From positions 24,945 to 88,944 of the forward strand of contig DPRR01000014.1 in assembly GCA_003538625.1 (NCBI GenBank): a stretch of DNA of 64,000 bases, given 5' to 3'. Of the stretch, positions 17,694 through 28,400 are shown one piece after another. Made by a program: the position numbers and the translations under genes. Numbering within the stretch: position 1 is the stretch's first letter; the number at the start of each line of letters is the position of its first letter. The notes under the pieces were generated by a model that did no database searches, was not told the origin of the DNA, and worked only from the letters and a program-made list of their open reading frames with translations. This stretch comes from Ignavibacteriales bacterium. GTDB taxonomy: Bacteria > Bacteroidota > Ignavibacteria > Ignavibacteriales > Ignavibacteriaceae.

Positions 17694-20600
17694 TTACTTC
17701 ACCTTTATCACAACGAACGTAACATCATCATCTGGCTCCTGGCTATTTGTCCAGCTTCTGGCTTCTGCTCTTAAATGTGTGATAATTTCTTCTGGTTCTT
17801 TCTTTGCTGATTCTTCAAAACTGTTCCTTGCTCTTTTGTATCCGTATAATTCTCTGTTTGCATTTTTCAATTCCGCAAAGCCATCGCTCATAAGTAATAA
17901 TGTATCACCTCTATCTACTTTAAATTCCTTTACATCATAAACCACTTCCTTCATTGCACCTAATGGCATATTATTAATAACAACTTCTTCAATGGTTTGA
18001 GAATTGTTTCTGTAAATAAAAAGCGGTGGCATACCGGCATTTGTTGTTATAATTTTATTATTGCTTATCTGAACACATGTAAGCGCCATCATCAGTCGTC
18101 CAAGCTGCATATCTTTTATTGCTGCACTTGCATTTTCGAAGAATGGTTTAAGTGCCTTGTTTGTTCTATCTGACATGAAAAGAGATTTCATAATTGAGAC
18201 CATCATCCCGGACATCATTCCATGTCCGGTTGCATCACCAAGGACAACGGTTAATGTTCCATCCATATGAACATGAAAATCATAATAATCACCGCCAACT
18301 TCTGTCGCAGTTTTCATAAATACGGCAATATCAAGATGTGGAAGACTTGGCAGTGACTTGGGAAGCATTGAAAGTTGAAGCTGTCTGGCTTCTTCAAGTT
18401 CTTTTGTTTTTCTATCATTTTCTAACTGCAGGAATTTTTTATTTTCATTTTCTTTTCTTCTCTCTAGCTCGTACTTTCTTATTCCAACTAAACCAAGAAC
18501 AACAGAAATGAGATAAAAGGAATATGCCCACCATGTTCGCCAGATCGGGGGATTGACTTTGAATGAATATGCAGCTTCATTTGTTTTAACGCCGTTAGAT
18601 GTTATGCCGCGAACTTTAAATGTGTATTTACCAAAAGAAAGATTTTGGTATTCTGCAAAGGACAGCGTACTTGCTTTAGACCAACCCTTATCAAAGCCTT
18701 CAAGAAAATGTTCATAAGTTGTTTGTTTTGGATCTTTGAAATTCAATGCAGCATAACTGAAAATAAAAGAATTTTGAGAGTATGGCAATTCATTTGGAAA
18801 ATTATAATAATGGGATTGCCCGCTAATAGATACAGATGAAATTAATAATGGATAACTTTTTTCTTCACTCTTATTAATGTAAAGACCAACTCCGTTATAA
18901 AACTCAATCATATTTCCCAATCCATCCATTGCAGATATATAGGGACCGCCGCTTGCGACACTTTCGTCATGATAAAAAGTTTGAAATTTATTTCCATTTA
19001 TTTTTAATGCACCGGATGGAGATGAGAAATAAACATTACTTCTGATATCATCGATCACAGGATTTGAAAGATTAGTGGATAGAAGTCCATTCTTTTTTGT
19101 GTAAAAATTTAAATTAGTACCGTCAAAAATTACAAGTCCTCTGCCTCTAAGCCTTATATATAAATTATCTCCTGCCTGAATCTCTGTCTGTGTTCCGGCA
19201 ACACTTGCACCCTTTAAAATTCGGAAATCTGCATTAGCATTTACGCTATCACTAAGATTTATAAATTTGTTTCCGTTAAAAACATAAAAACCTCCCACTG
19301 TTAAAAAGTACATTCCATTTTTTAAGTTACCTACAAAATGCAATTGCTCTGTCGGAACGTTCCAGCTTTCCGGAGGTTTTGACCATGATTTCCCATCGTA
19401 CATCATTATTTTAGATTGTACTGAAGTTATATCTTTTATATTATCTGAGAATAGGCCAAAAAGCCAAAGCCTTCCATCATTATCTTCCCGAAGATCAAAC
19501 AGCTGATATTTTTTGCTGTTATCATCATCATTAAAAGGTGAGTTAATTTTTACAAACTTTTCCCCCTCAAATCTCCCCAGGTAATAATCAGCTTTAATAA
19601 GATCAGTTTCAGCCGGTCTTACATAATTTTGCCATGCATAAATATCACCATTCTTTGTTTCCATAATATCTGAAGTATTATAAGATTTACCATCCTGGTT
19701 TGGAACAGAATTAATTTTAAATATTTGTTCGTCCTCGCTGTTTTTAATTTCGCGAACGATTGTCAAACCTTTTGAGGTGGTAATCCAAATTCTTTTTTTA
19801 CTGTCCTGAAATATTTGGAAAGTAATATTGCTTGCAAGTCCATCTTTTTCTGTAATTGTTCGTAATTTTTTCCCGTCCCAAATGTTTATTCCCACGCTTT
19901 CAGTTTTAGCATAAGCCGGTAAATTGCTGTACGAATATGATAGCCAAACTAAACCATTATAATCAGTATAAGGGGTCACAATACCTGATTGTGTAACTAA
20001 TAGACCTTCCTTAGAAGTGAGCATTTGAGAATAGTTTGGATAATAAATTCCAATGCCTTTTGAAGTTTTCATTGCAACACCGTCGCTTAATGCGATTCCT
20101 GGTGCTGATTCAAATGAATCAAATTTTTTCCATTTGTTATCTGTAAATGAAAAAAGTTGGTTAGGATATTTTGAACTTTGATTTTGGGAAGTAACTTGAA
20201 ATACAAGCCGTTCCGGAAAGTAATTACTGGATTTCAGAAAAAGCACACTCTGGTATTTAAAGTCATTGATTACTCTATCCGTCTTCAGATCTCCGATAGA
20301 ATTAATTTCCTTTAAAATATTAGAGACCTTCCATTTTCCATTTTCAATTTCAAAAACACTTTTATTATTTCCATTAAAAATTTCACCATCTCTAATTAAA
20401 GTTGTCATGAACAACTTATCCATTTTTGTACTATAGTATACTTGAATTGGAAATTGATTCCTTTTAAGCAGATTCTTGAATTCTGTGAATTGATAAAATT
20501 TATTACCATCATACATCAAAACTCCGGAATATTTTTCAGATCCCTCTGAACCACTTATAACACCGGAACAAGCCAGCCATGTATTCCCGTCTTTATCGAT

Positions 20601-21344
20601 TGTTGTTACATTTTCCGTAGGGTATATATTTGCATTCTGCAAATTTATGCCAACTGATTCATCAATTCTTTTGAACACTCCATTTTTAAATAAAGCAACA
20701 TTCGAACCTTCGCGCGTTTGAGTATTATGACCGGCAGAATTAAATATAAGATCACCATACGGTGTTTCAATAAAGTCAGTTGCATTATCCAGTGGAAAAT
20801 TTTTAGAGTCATAGACAGTAAATTTATTATCTTCGAATTTTGTAAGACCACCATTATTATTTTTGTCTACGAATGGTGTTGAAGAACCAATCCATATTCG
20901 CCCCTTACCATCAGCTTTAACAAATGTTATTAACTGTCCTGATAATCCATTTATCTTATAACCTTCTTTTTCCGTATATACTTTAAATTCAGTTCCATCG
21001 AATGTTATAAATTTAGCAGGTGAAGCAAAGTACATTATATTTTTTGTCGAATCATAATACATATTTTGCATTGTGGGTAATCCAATATCAGTGCCCACTT
21101 CTTCAAATTCATATCCATTAAATCTGTAAGTTCCTTCAACGCTGGAAATCCAAATGAAACCATCTTTAGTTTGAATTCCATTTGATAGATTTGTGGTAGG
21201 CAATCCTTCTTTGTTGGTGTATTCAACAATATCCGCATTGGCTTCAGTTTTTAGTTTCTGCTGTGATATTATTGAAGATGAAAAAACAAATATCAAAAGG
21301 GCTATTAGATTCTTAAAAAATGTTACTTTCATAAAACTCACCAT
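17694..21344 (-). CDS. Periplasmic beta-propeller/Y_Y_Y sensor fused to TM, coiled coil and PP2C/SpoIIE phosphatase (divergent propeller)
   Basis: 1216 aa with a signal peptide and degenerate propeller repeats. Y_Y_Y-type FLEGFDKGW...YTFKVRG, juxtamembrane PPIWRTWWAY plus TM, ENDRKTKELEEARQLQLSMLPK, and a SpoIIE domain with GDATGHGMMSG. Confidence 0.85.
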   Translation of the reverse strand: MVSFMKVTFFKNLIALLIFVFSSSIISQQKLKTEANADIVEYTNKEGLPTTNLSNGIQTKDGFIWISSVEGTYRFNGYEFEEVGTDIGLPTMQNMYYDSTKNIMYFASPAKFITFDGTEFKVYTEKEGYKINGLSGQLITFVKADGKGRIWIGSSTPFVDKNNNGGLTKFEDNKFTVYDSKNFPLDNATDFIETPYGDLIFNSAGHNTQTREGSNVALFKNGVFKRIDESVGINLQNANIYPTENVTTIDKDGNTWLACSGVISGSEGSEKYSGVLMYDGNKFYQFTEFKNLLKRNQFPIQVYYSTKMDKLFMTTLIRDGEIFNGNNKSVFEIENGKWKVSNILKEINSIGDLKTDRVINDFKYQSVLFLKSSNYFPERLVFQVTSQNQSSKYPNQLFSFTDNKWKKFDSFESAPGIALSDGVAMKTSKGIGIYYPNYSQMLTSKEGLLVTQSGIVTPYTDYNGLVWLSYSYSNLPAYAKTESVGINIWDGKKLRTITEKDGLASNITFQIFQDSKKRIWITTSKGLTIVREIKNSEDEQIFKINSVPNQDGKSYNTSDIMETKNGDIYAWQNYVRPAETDLIKADYYLGRFEGEKFVKINSPFNDDDNSKKYQLFDLREDNDGRLWLFGLFSDNIKDITSVQSKIMMYDGKSWSKPPESWNVPTEQLHFVGNLKNGMYFLTVGGFYVFNGNKFINLSDSVNANADFRILKGASVAGTQTEIQAGDNLYIRLRGRGLVIFDGTNLNFYTKKNGLLSTNLSNPVIDDIRSNVYFSSPSGALKINGNKFQTFYHDESVASGGPYISAMDGLGNMIEFYNGVGLYINKSEEKSYPLLISSVSISGQSHYYNFPNELPYSQNSFIFSYAALNFKDPKQTTYEHFLEGFDKGWSKASTLSFAEYQNLSFGKYTFKVRGITSNGVKTNEAAYSFKVNPPIWRTWWAYSFYLISVVLGLVGIRKYELERRKENENKKFLQLENDRKTKELEEARQLQLSMLPKSLPSLPHLDIAVFMKTATEVGGDYYDFHVHMDGTLTVVLGDATGHGMMSGMMVSIMKSLFMSDRTNKALKPFFENASAAIKDMQLGRLMMALTCVQISNNKIITTNAGMPPLFIYRNNSQTIEEVVINNMPLGAMKEVVYDVKEFKVDRGDTLLLMSDGFAELKNANRELYGYKRARNSFEESAKKEPEEIITHLRAEARSWTNSQEPDDDVTFVVIKVK

Positions 21345-21357
21345 ATATAAGATTTTA

Positions 21358-21480
21358 AATTGCCCCGACCTTTAGGTCGGGGTTGGATATAAAAATGTTA
21401 TTGGGCTTTAGCCCAAATTTTCGCTAAAGCCTGCATCCTTTAGAATACAATTATTCCACGACCTGAGGGTCGTGGCAATT
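21358..21480. repeat. Compound palindromic element: four stem-loops bounded by 13-bp terminal inverted repeats
   Basis: AATTGCCCCGACC (21358..21370) against the reverse complement of GGTCGTGGCAATT (21468..21480) gives 12/13 identity. Internal hairpins are CCCCGACC-TTTA-GGTCGGGG, TTGGGC-TTTA-GCCCAA, CTAAAG-8 nt-CTTTAG and CCACGACC-TGAG-GGTCGTGG. Confidence 0.5.
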
Positions 21481-21505
21481 CAACACAATATTTGCATCAG
21501 GTGAC

Positions 21506-24500
21506 TCACTTAACTTTTATAACTACAAACGTTACATCATCATCAGGTTCATTACCGTTTGTCCACCTTGAACCGATCTCTTTCAGATAAGTTATAATTC
21601 GTTCCGGTTCTTTTTCTGCAACTTCTTCAAATGAATTCTTTGCACGTTTATATCCGAACAATTCTTTATGCTGATTTTGTAATTCAGGAAATCCATCGCT
21701 CATTAATAAAATTGTATCTCCTGTAAACAATTCCATTTCTTTTAACTCGTAAGGAAAGTTATCCATTGTTCCCAAGGGCATACCTTCCATTAAATGTTCT
21801 TCAATTATTTTATGCTTATTTCTGAATAGAAAAACAGGCGGCATACCTGCAGCAGACATAATTAATCTGTTATTTTGAATCTTCAGCATGGTCATTGACA
21901 TAGCAAGTGATTGAAACTGCATCTGCTTGATACATCTTGTCATTTCACGGAATGTAAAAAGTATATCGGGATTAGCAGCATAACTATTAAATAATGATTT
22001 AGCAGAAGTAACCATCGTTCCCGCTCTCATTCCATGACCGGTCGCATCCCCGATTACAACAGTTAATGTTCCATCCATTCCAACATTAAAATCATAATAA
22101 TCTCCACCAACTTCCGTAGCGGTTTTCATAAAAACAGCAATATCAATATGTGGTAATTGCGGCAGCAATTTTGGAAGCATAGAAAGCTGCAACTGACGTG
22201 CTTCCTCCAATTCCTTTGACTTGCGTTCATTTTCGGTTTCCGCGAGTTGAGCACGCAGATTAGCTTCTTTAATTGCCGCAGCATTACGTTCTTTGTTTAC
22301 AATTCTTCTTCTTTGGACTCTGTCTATTCCGAAAACAATACCTATAAAAAAGAAAAAGTAACCTATGTAGGCAACAGTGGTTCTCCACCAGGGAGGATTG
22401 ATAATAATTCGAATTGCCTTTCCTACATCATTCCAGATTCCATCTCCGTTGGAACCCTTAAATCTAAATGTATAATCACCTGGGTTTAGATTTGTGTAAG
22501 AAGCAAAATTTCTATCTGCAGCTATCCAGTGATCATTAAATCCTTCAAGCATATATATGATTTTATTTTTTTCCGGTCTTGAAAAATGAATGGAAGCAAA
22601 TTCAAAGGAAATATTATTCTGAGTATAAGAAAGAACTAACTCTTCAGTTTTCATTATACCTTTTTCCAATTTGATATCAGATGAATCTGATTTAAGTGAT
22701 ATTTCGGAAACCTTTATATCGTTAATAACTATATCAGGTTTTACTTCATTTATCTTTCCGGGATAGAAATGAGTTATACCATCAATTCCTCCTAAAAATA
22801 TCTCGCCATCTTTACTGATCCAGTTTGCTTTGCTTGTTGTAAAACCTTGTAGCCCGTCACGCGTATCAAAATTGACAAAGTTCCATTTGTCCTTCGTGGT
22901 ATTTTTATTCAGTTTGGATAATCCGGCAGATGTATTTATCCAAAGATTTCCTTCAAGATCTTCTATGATGGAATTTATCTGATTGGATGGCAGTCCATCT
23001 TTTTGATCATACTTATCAATTTTTTCTGTTTCAGGATCAAATCTTAATAAACTATTTGCGGTTGCTATCCAAACTATTCCTCTACTCTCCTCAAAAATGC
23101 AATTAATATAATTATTGGGAGAAAAAATATTTTTCGAATCAAAATTGTATTGCTTAAAATTTTGTTCGGCAAGATCATACTTAAAAAATCCGCTGATAGT
23201 AGAACCTAACCATACGACATTATTGAACCTCTTACTAAATTCAAAACAAGTTCCAACTTCCATTGGCATAAATTTATCAGAACTAATTTCTTTTTCATTC
23301 ATTTGATTAATGGCGTTGTAATCAGATTCATTCAAACTTATAACCTGAATTCCATACCAATTAGAATCCGGAGGTGCAATTGCATTCCAGGTTCCATAAG
23401 AATGACCAACGTCTGTAGCAAATGTAATTTTATAATCACCCTTCTTAAGGTCCAAACATCCAAGCGCAATACGGTTTTTAAAAGCTCCACCGTCATTAAA
23501 GGTTTTAAATAAGTTATTCATTGACCAGACTGTTTTTCCATTTCCGGTCAAAAGGGATCCTGCATCAGTAACACCCAAACCAACATTCATTTCACCTTCA
23601 CCAACACAAATAACCAAAACTTTTTGACCCTGATTTAATGAGAATGTTTTTTCTAAATTAGATGCTTCACCAACTTTTAAAATTGAGGCTATGCTTTTAC
23701 CGGATTCTGATACTTCATGTATTTTTTGTTTAAGATTCTCACTCATTGTCTTATTCATAATCGTAGGTAAGAGTGTATATTTATTTTTAGCAGGATTATA
23801 TCTCTCAAAACCCTGTCTTGATGCCATCCAGATATTACCGATCAAATCTATTTTTATAGAGTTTATATAATAAACTGAAGTTTTATTTTCGTTAGGTGAT
23901 TTAAATGTACTTAACAAATTATTTTTATCAATTTTGTGCAAACCTAGATTATTATATGCGAACCATTTATTCCCTTCATTATCTATAGCAAGACCTTGAA
24001 TATTTATCTTCTCATCTGAATCGTTAATTTTGCCGGGATTAAAATTCAATTTAGCAGATTTTTGATTTTCGAGATTGTAAGTGAATAGTCCCTTCTCAGA
24101 TGTTCCGATCGTTATCTCCTTACTTTGACTTATCCCGGCAATTACAGTAGAAAAATTTGCATTAGAATTTACGATATCATTGGTGATGAACTTATGGAAG
24201 TTAAATGGCTCTCTGAGGGGATCAAATTTTGTAACACCTTTCCCCCAAATCCCAATCCAGATTACTCCATATCTGTCTTTATAAATATTCGAAATAATAT
24301 TGCGGCCGAAGTTGTTTAATTCATAAATATTGTAATCAAATTTCTGAATGTTTTTTGTCTTCGGTTCAATTCTATATAGTCCTTGTGAATAAACCCCCGC
24401 CCATAAGTATCCTTCATCATCCTGAGTTATTCCTGTAACGTTATCGTAGCTGGTGGGGTTTTTTATTAAGCTAAATAAATCGTAACTGTCGATAGTGTAA

Positions 24501-25276
24501 AAAGACGGCGAATATCTTATTAATTGGTTCCTGCCACCGAACCAGATATTGCCGGATGCGTCTTCATATATAACCTGGAGTTCTTTCGGATTAAAATTTG
24601 TTTTGAGGTAATATGGCTGAAATACATTCTGTTTTTCATTATATATTTTAATACCGTTTCCATAATCAGCGACTAATATACTACCGTTTTTTAATTCTGT
24701 TATACTGTAGATATTACCCCATTGAACATTATTATTAGAAACTTCAAGAGGCACCTGTTTAAATTTGTTTTTTGATCTATTAAATTTTTGTATTCCATGA
24801 TTTGTGGATCCGAACCATAAATTTCCTTTAGAATCATAAAGAGCCGAATAAAAGTACGAGATGTTAGTTACACCGGCTGTTTCTATGCGGTAGCTTTGAA
24901 AGGTTTCATTTATTGGATTGTATCTTGCAATAGAATTCCCGGAAACACCTACCCAGATATATCCATCTGCATCCTCTGCAATTGCAGAACATTCATTAGT
25001 TGGAATAGTAGTAGAATCATTAGGGTCGTTTTTAAATACTTTTATACTATTTCCGTCATATCTGTTTAGTCCATCTGATGTTGATATCCAGAGGAATCCG
25101 TTGCTATCCTGAAAAATATAATTAACTGTAGAATTCGAGAGCCCTTCAGGCACCGAGATATTTTCAAAAAGGTAATTTCGTTGTTGTGCGTAACTTGAAG
25201 AAGCTAAGATGAAACTTAATATCACAAATAATAACTGCGATAATTTTCTTGTTCTAAACATTGGATTCTTATTCAT
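21506..25276 (-). CDS. Periplasmic two-propeller/Y_Y_Y sensor fused to TM, coiled coil and PP2C/SpoIIE phosphatase, with an extra inserted domain
   Basis: 1256 aa with a signal peptide and repeats of the type D..G.LWI(G/S)T..GL.RYD. YMLEGFNDHW...YTFRFKGSNGDGIWN, PPWWRTTVAY plus TM, ENERKSKELEEARQLQLSMLPK, and a SpoIIE domain with GDATGHGMRAG. Confidence 0.85.
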   Translation of the reverse strand: MNKNPMFRTRKLSQLLFVILSFILASSSYAQQRNYLFENISVPEGLSNSTVNYIFQDSNGFLWISTSDGLNRYDGNSIKVFKNDPNDSTTIPTNECSAIAEDADGYIWVGVSGNSIARYNPINETFQSYRIETAGVTNISYFYSALYDSKGNLWFGSTNHGIQKFNRSKNKFKQVPLEVSNNNVQWGNIYSITELKNGSILVADYGNGIKIYNEKQNVFQPYYLKTNFNPKELQVIYEDASGNIWFGGRNQLIRYSPSFYTIDSYDLFSLIKNPTSYDNVTGITQDDEGYLWAGVYSQGLYRIEPKTKNIQKFDYNIYELNNFGRNIISNIYKDRYGVIWIGIWGKGVTKFDPLREPFNFHKFITNDIVNSNANFSTVIAGISQSKEITIGTSEKGLFTYNLENQKSAKLNFNPGKINDSDEKINIQGLAIDNEGNKWFAYNNLGLHKIDKNNLLSTFKSPNENKTSVYYINSIKIDLIGNIWMASRQGFERYNPAKNKYTLLPTIMNKTMSENLKQKIHEVSESGKSIASILKVGEASNLEKTFSLNQGQKVLVICVGEGEMNVGLGVTDAGSLLTGNGKTVWSMNNLFKTFNDGGAFKNRIALGCLDLKKGDYKITFATDVGHSYGTWNAIAPPDSNWYGIQVISLNESDYNAINQMNEKEISSDKFMPMEVGTCFEFSKRFNNVVWLGSTISGFFKYDLAEQNFKQYNFDSKNIFSPNNYINCIFEESRGIVWIATANSLLRFDPETEKIDKYDQKDGLPSNQINSIIEDLEGNLWINTSAGLSKLNKNTTKDKWNFVNFDTRDGLQGFTTSKANWISKDGEIFLGGIDGITHFYPGKINEVKPDIVINDIKVSEISLKSDSSDIKLEKGIMKTEELVLSYTQNNISFEFASIHFSRPEKNKIIYMLEGFNDHWIAADRNFASYTNLNPGDYTFRFKGSNGDGIWNDVGKAIRIIINPPWWRTTVAYIGYFFFFIGIVFGIDRVQRRRIVNKERNAAAIKEANLRAQLAETENERKSKELEEARQLQLSMLPKLLPQLPHIDIAVFMKTATEVGGDYYDFNVGMDGTLTVVIGDATGHGMRAGTMVTSAKSLFNSYAANPDILFTFREMTRCIKQMQFQSLAMSMTMLKIQNNRLIMSAAGMPPVFLFRNKHKIIEEHLMEGMPLGTMDNFPYELKEMELFTGDTILLMSDGFPELQNQHKELFGYKRAKNSFEEVAEKEPERIITYLKEIGSRWTNGNEPDDDVTFVVIKVK

Positions 25277-25323
25277 TGATCTTTCTTTTAAAATTTATTT
25301 ACAATTGTTAGTCTTGCGAATCC

Positions 25324-25410
25324 CCGATCTTACCTATCGGCAGATAGATCTTTGACTTAGAAATCTTTCTACTATACAGGATAAAAGATTTCTCCCCCGA
25401 TGAATCGGGG
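25324..25410. repeat. Cluster of three stem-loops in the spacer between phosphatase paralogs
   Basis: CCGAT-7 nt-ATCGG (25324..25340), AGAAATCTTT-15 nt-AAAGATTTCT (25359..25393) and CCCCGA-TGAA-TCGGGG (25395..25410). Confidence 0.4.
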
Positions 25411-25464
25411 TCGAAATGACAATAACAATTTTCACACACCCTAAAGGACGGGGCTATTATTTTC

Positions 25465-28400
25465 TTACTTAACTTTTATTACTACAAACGTTACATCATC
25501 ATCAGGTTCTTTATTATCAGACCAGCTATTGCCTTCACTCTTAAGTTCATCAATTATCTCTTCTGGATTTTTACTTGCCGAGTTTTTATAAATATCCATT
25601 ACTCTTTCGTAACCAAACATTTCTTTCTCTTTATTGAATAACTCCGGAAGTCCATCACTCATGAGTAATATTGTATCCCCGGGATTAATTTCTGTTTCTC
25701 TTAATTCGTAAGGAAAATCCTGTACAGCACCCAACGGCATTCCTTTTAATATAATTTCTTCAACCAATTTCGTTTTATCTCTGTATAACAAAGCTGGAGG
25801 CATTCCTGCCGCTGATATCTGCATTTTGTTACCATTAATTTTTAATATTGTTAGGCACATTGAAAGCATATGCATGTTCATGGTTTTTATGCAGCGTGTT
25901 ATTTCCTGAAAAGTAAAAAGTATATCAGGATTTGATGCGTGTGAACTGAATAAACTTTTTGTAGTTGTAACCATAGTTCCGGCTCTCATTCCGTGTCCGG
26001 TTGCATCACCAATAACAACTGTTAAAGTTCCATCCATACCAACGTGAAAATCATAATAATCACCTCCAACTTCTGTTGCAGTTTTCATATAAACCGCAAT
26101 ATCAAATTGCGGCAATTGTGGAAGATTCTTAGGTAACATGGAAAGCTGAAGCTGGCGAGCTTCTTCCAACTCTTTTGTCTTACGCTGGTTTTCAGCACGG
26201 AGTAATGCTAACTGTGCTCTTCTCTGTTCAGTACTTTTTATTCTGGATCTCTGATATCTGTCGAATGAAAATCCGCCGACCAACAAGATTACAAAGTACG
26301 AAGCGTACGCCAAATTTGTTCTCCACCAGGGTGGTTTAATTATGAGGCGAATTGATTTGCCTTCTTCATTCCACAATCCATCATTGTTAGATCCTTTCAC
26401 CCGGAATACATATTCACCTGGATCAAGATTTGTATAGGTTGCTATTCTAACATTACCAACATAACGCCAATCATCTTCATAATTTTCAAGCTTAAATGCA
26501 TATTTATTTTTTGATGGATTTGAATAATGAAGTGCAACATATTCAAACGAGATGTCATTCTGCCAATAAGGTAAAACTATTTCGTCAGTTTTTGAGATCT
26601 GTACTTTAAGTGGAGAGTCTCCTCCAACTTTAACAGATTCATTAAATATTTTAAGATCCGTTAAAACAATATTGGGTATAAACTTATTGTCTATAACTTC
26701 TGAAGGATAGAAATAATTAAATCCTTTAATGCCGCCAAAAAACATTTCGCCATCGGGAGCTTTGTAGTAAGCGCCTCCGTTAAATTCTTCACTTTGTAAC
26801 CCATCATCTACAGAGTAATTTCTAAATTGAAATGTATTTGGATTAAATTTTGTGATACCATTATTTGTTGAAATCCAAAGATTGCCCTCCTCATCAGGTA
26901 AACTTCCATAAACTCCATTGTTTGGCAAACCACTGTTCTCTTGAGTTAAGCGTAAAAATTTTTCGGTTTTTGGATCGAACCTATTTAATCCACCTCCATA
27001 AGTGGCTATCCAGATGTATCCCCTTTTATCTTCATAAAAATTCAGAACGTTTGGATGACTTAAACTGGTAGAATCTTTTGGGTTATAATTATAATATCGA
27101 AATGTCTCTGTCTTTAGATTCAGAATATTTATTCCATTTGTGGTTCCTGCCCATAGTTCATCCGGCCGGGATTTTGAGTACCAAACAGTTCTTACATGAT
27201 TAGCCCTGCTGCTTAGACTGGCTGCATCTTCCGGATCATAAGTATACTTTTTAAATGTTTCTTTCTCTTTATCAAATCGAACTAACCCGCTTCCATTTGT
27301 TCCGAACCATAAATAGCCGGGCATTTTATCTATTTCGATAATGTTATAATTAATTCCATTAACATTTAAATTTGGATTTGAAGGGTCGATATAAAACCTT
27401 TTAAAGGTTTTTGTCTTTTTATCAAATCGATTTAATCCTTGATCAGTTCCAATCCACATGTATTTACCATCATCGTATATGCTGCGGACTATATCATCAC
27501 TGATTGAAGAAGGCTCGTTTTCACTGTGCGTAAAAAATTCATATTTATCTTTACTCCTGTCATAAGAAATTAAACCGCCTCCCTGGGAGGCTATCCACAA
27601 TATTTTGTTATTATCAATATAAAATCCTCTTATGGGTCCTTTAATTTTATTAGTTTCATCCTGATCTGTCGCAACAAGAGAAAATTTAATCACTGATTTA
27701 TCGTACACGTTGAGTCCTGAAAGATAAGTTCCAACCCATAACACACCTGTTTTGTCAACCAATAAAGATAGAATGCGATTGCTGCTAAGGCTTTTTTGAT
27801 CTTTAGGATCCACCAAAAACTTTTCAATTTCTTTTGATTGAATATTTAACCTTAATAAACCCGGGACTGTTTCCCTTTCTGCATCAGGATTATCATCAAT
27901 AGGTAATCCGCCAATCCAAAGATTGCCGATTTCATCCGACTCTAACGCAATGATGATTAAAGAATTAAGTAAAGTATTACCATCAGTTATTTCAAATTTT
28001 TTTAGAGTTTTATCCTTATAATCAAATCTAAACAGACCTTCACCTGGAGTTCCAATCCAAATATTACCATCATTATCTTCTTTAATTGAAGTAGCCGCGG
28101 TTTTAAGAATTTGATTCTCAATTTTTATTGGCTGTAATATCGGTACACCGGCTTGACTATAACTGATTTTGAAATAATGAATCTTTCCTGCGCCGCCGAT
28201 CCATAAATTATTTTGTTTGTCTTGATGAATAAAAAAGATTTTATTCTCAGGAATTTTATAATCCGGTGGAAGCATATTAATCATGTGGATAAATTTCCCC
28301 TCATTAACCTTCATGTAATCAAAACCTTTATTACGCGTAGCTATCCAAAGATTGCCGTTCGTATCTTCATTTAATGAAACAATTATATCTTCTGCCAAAG

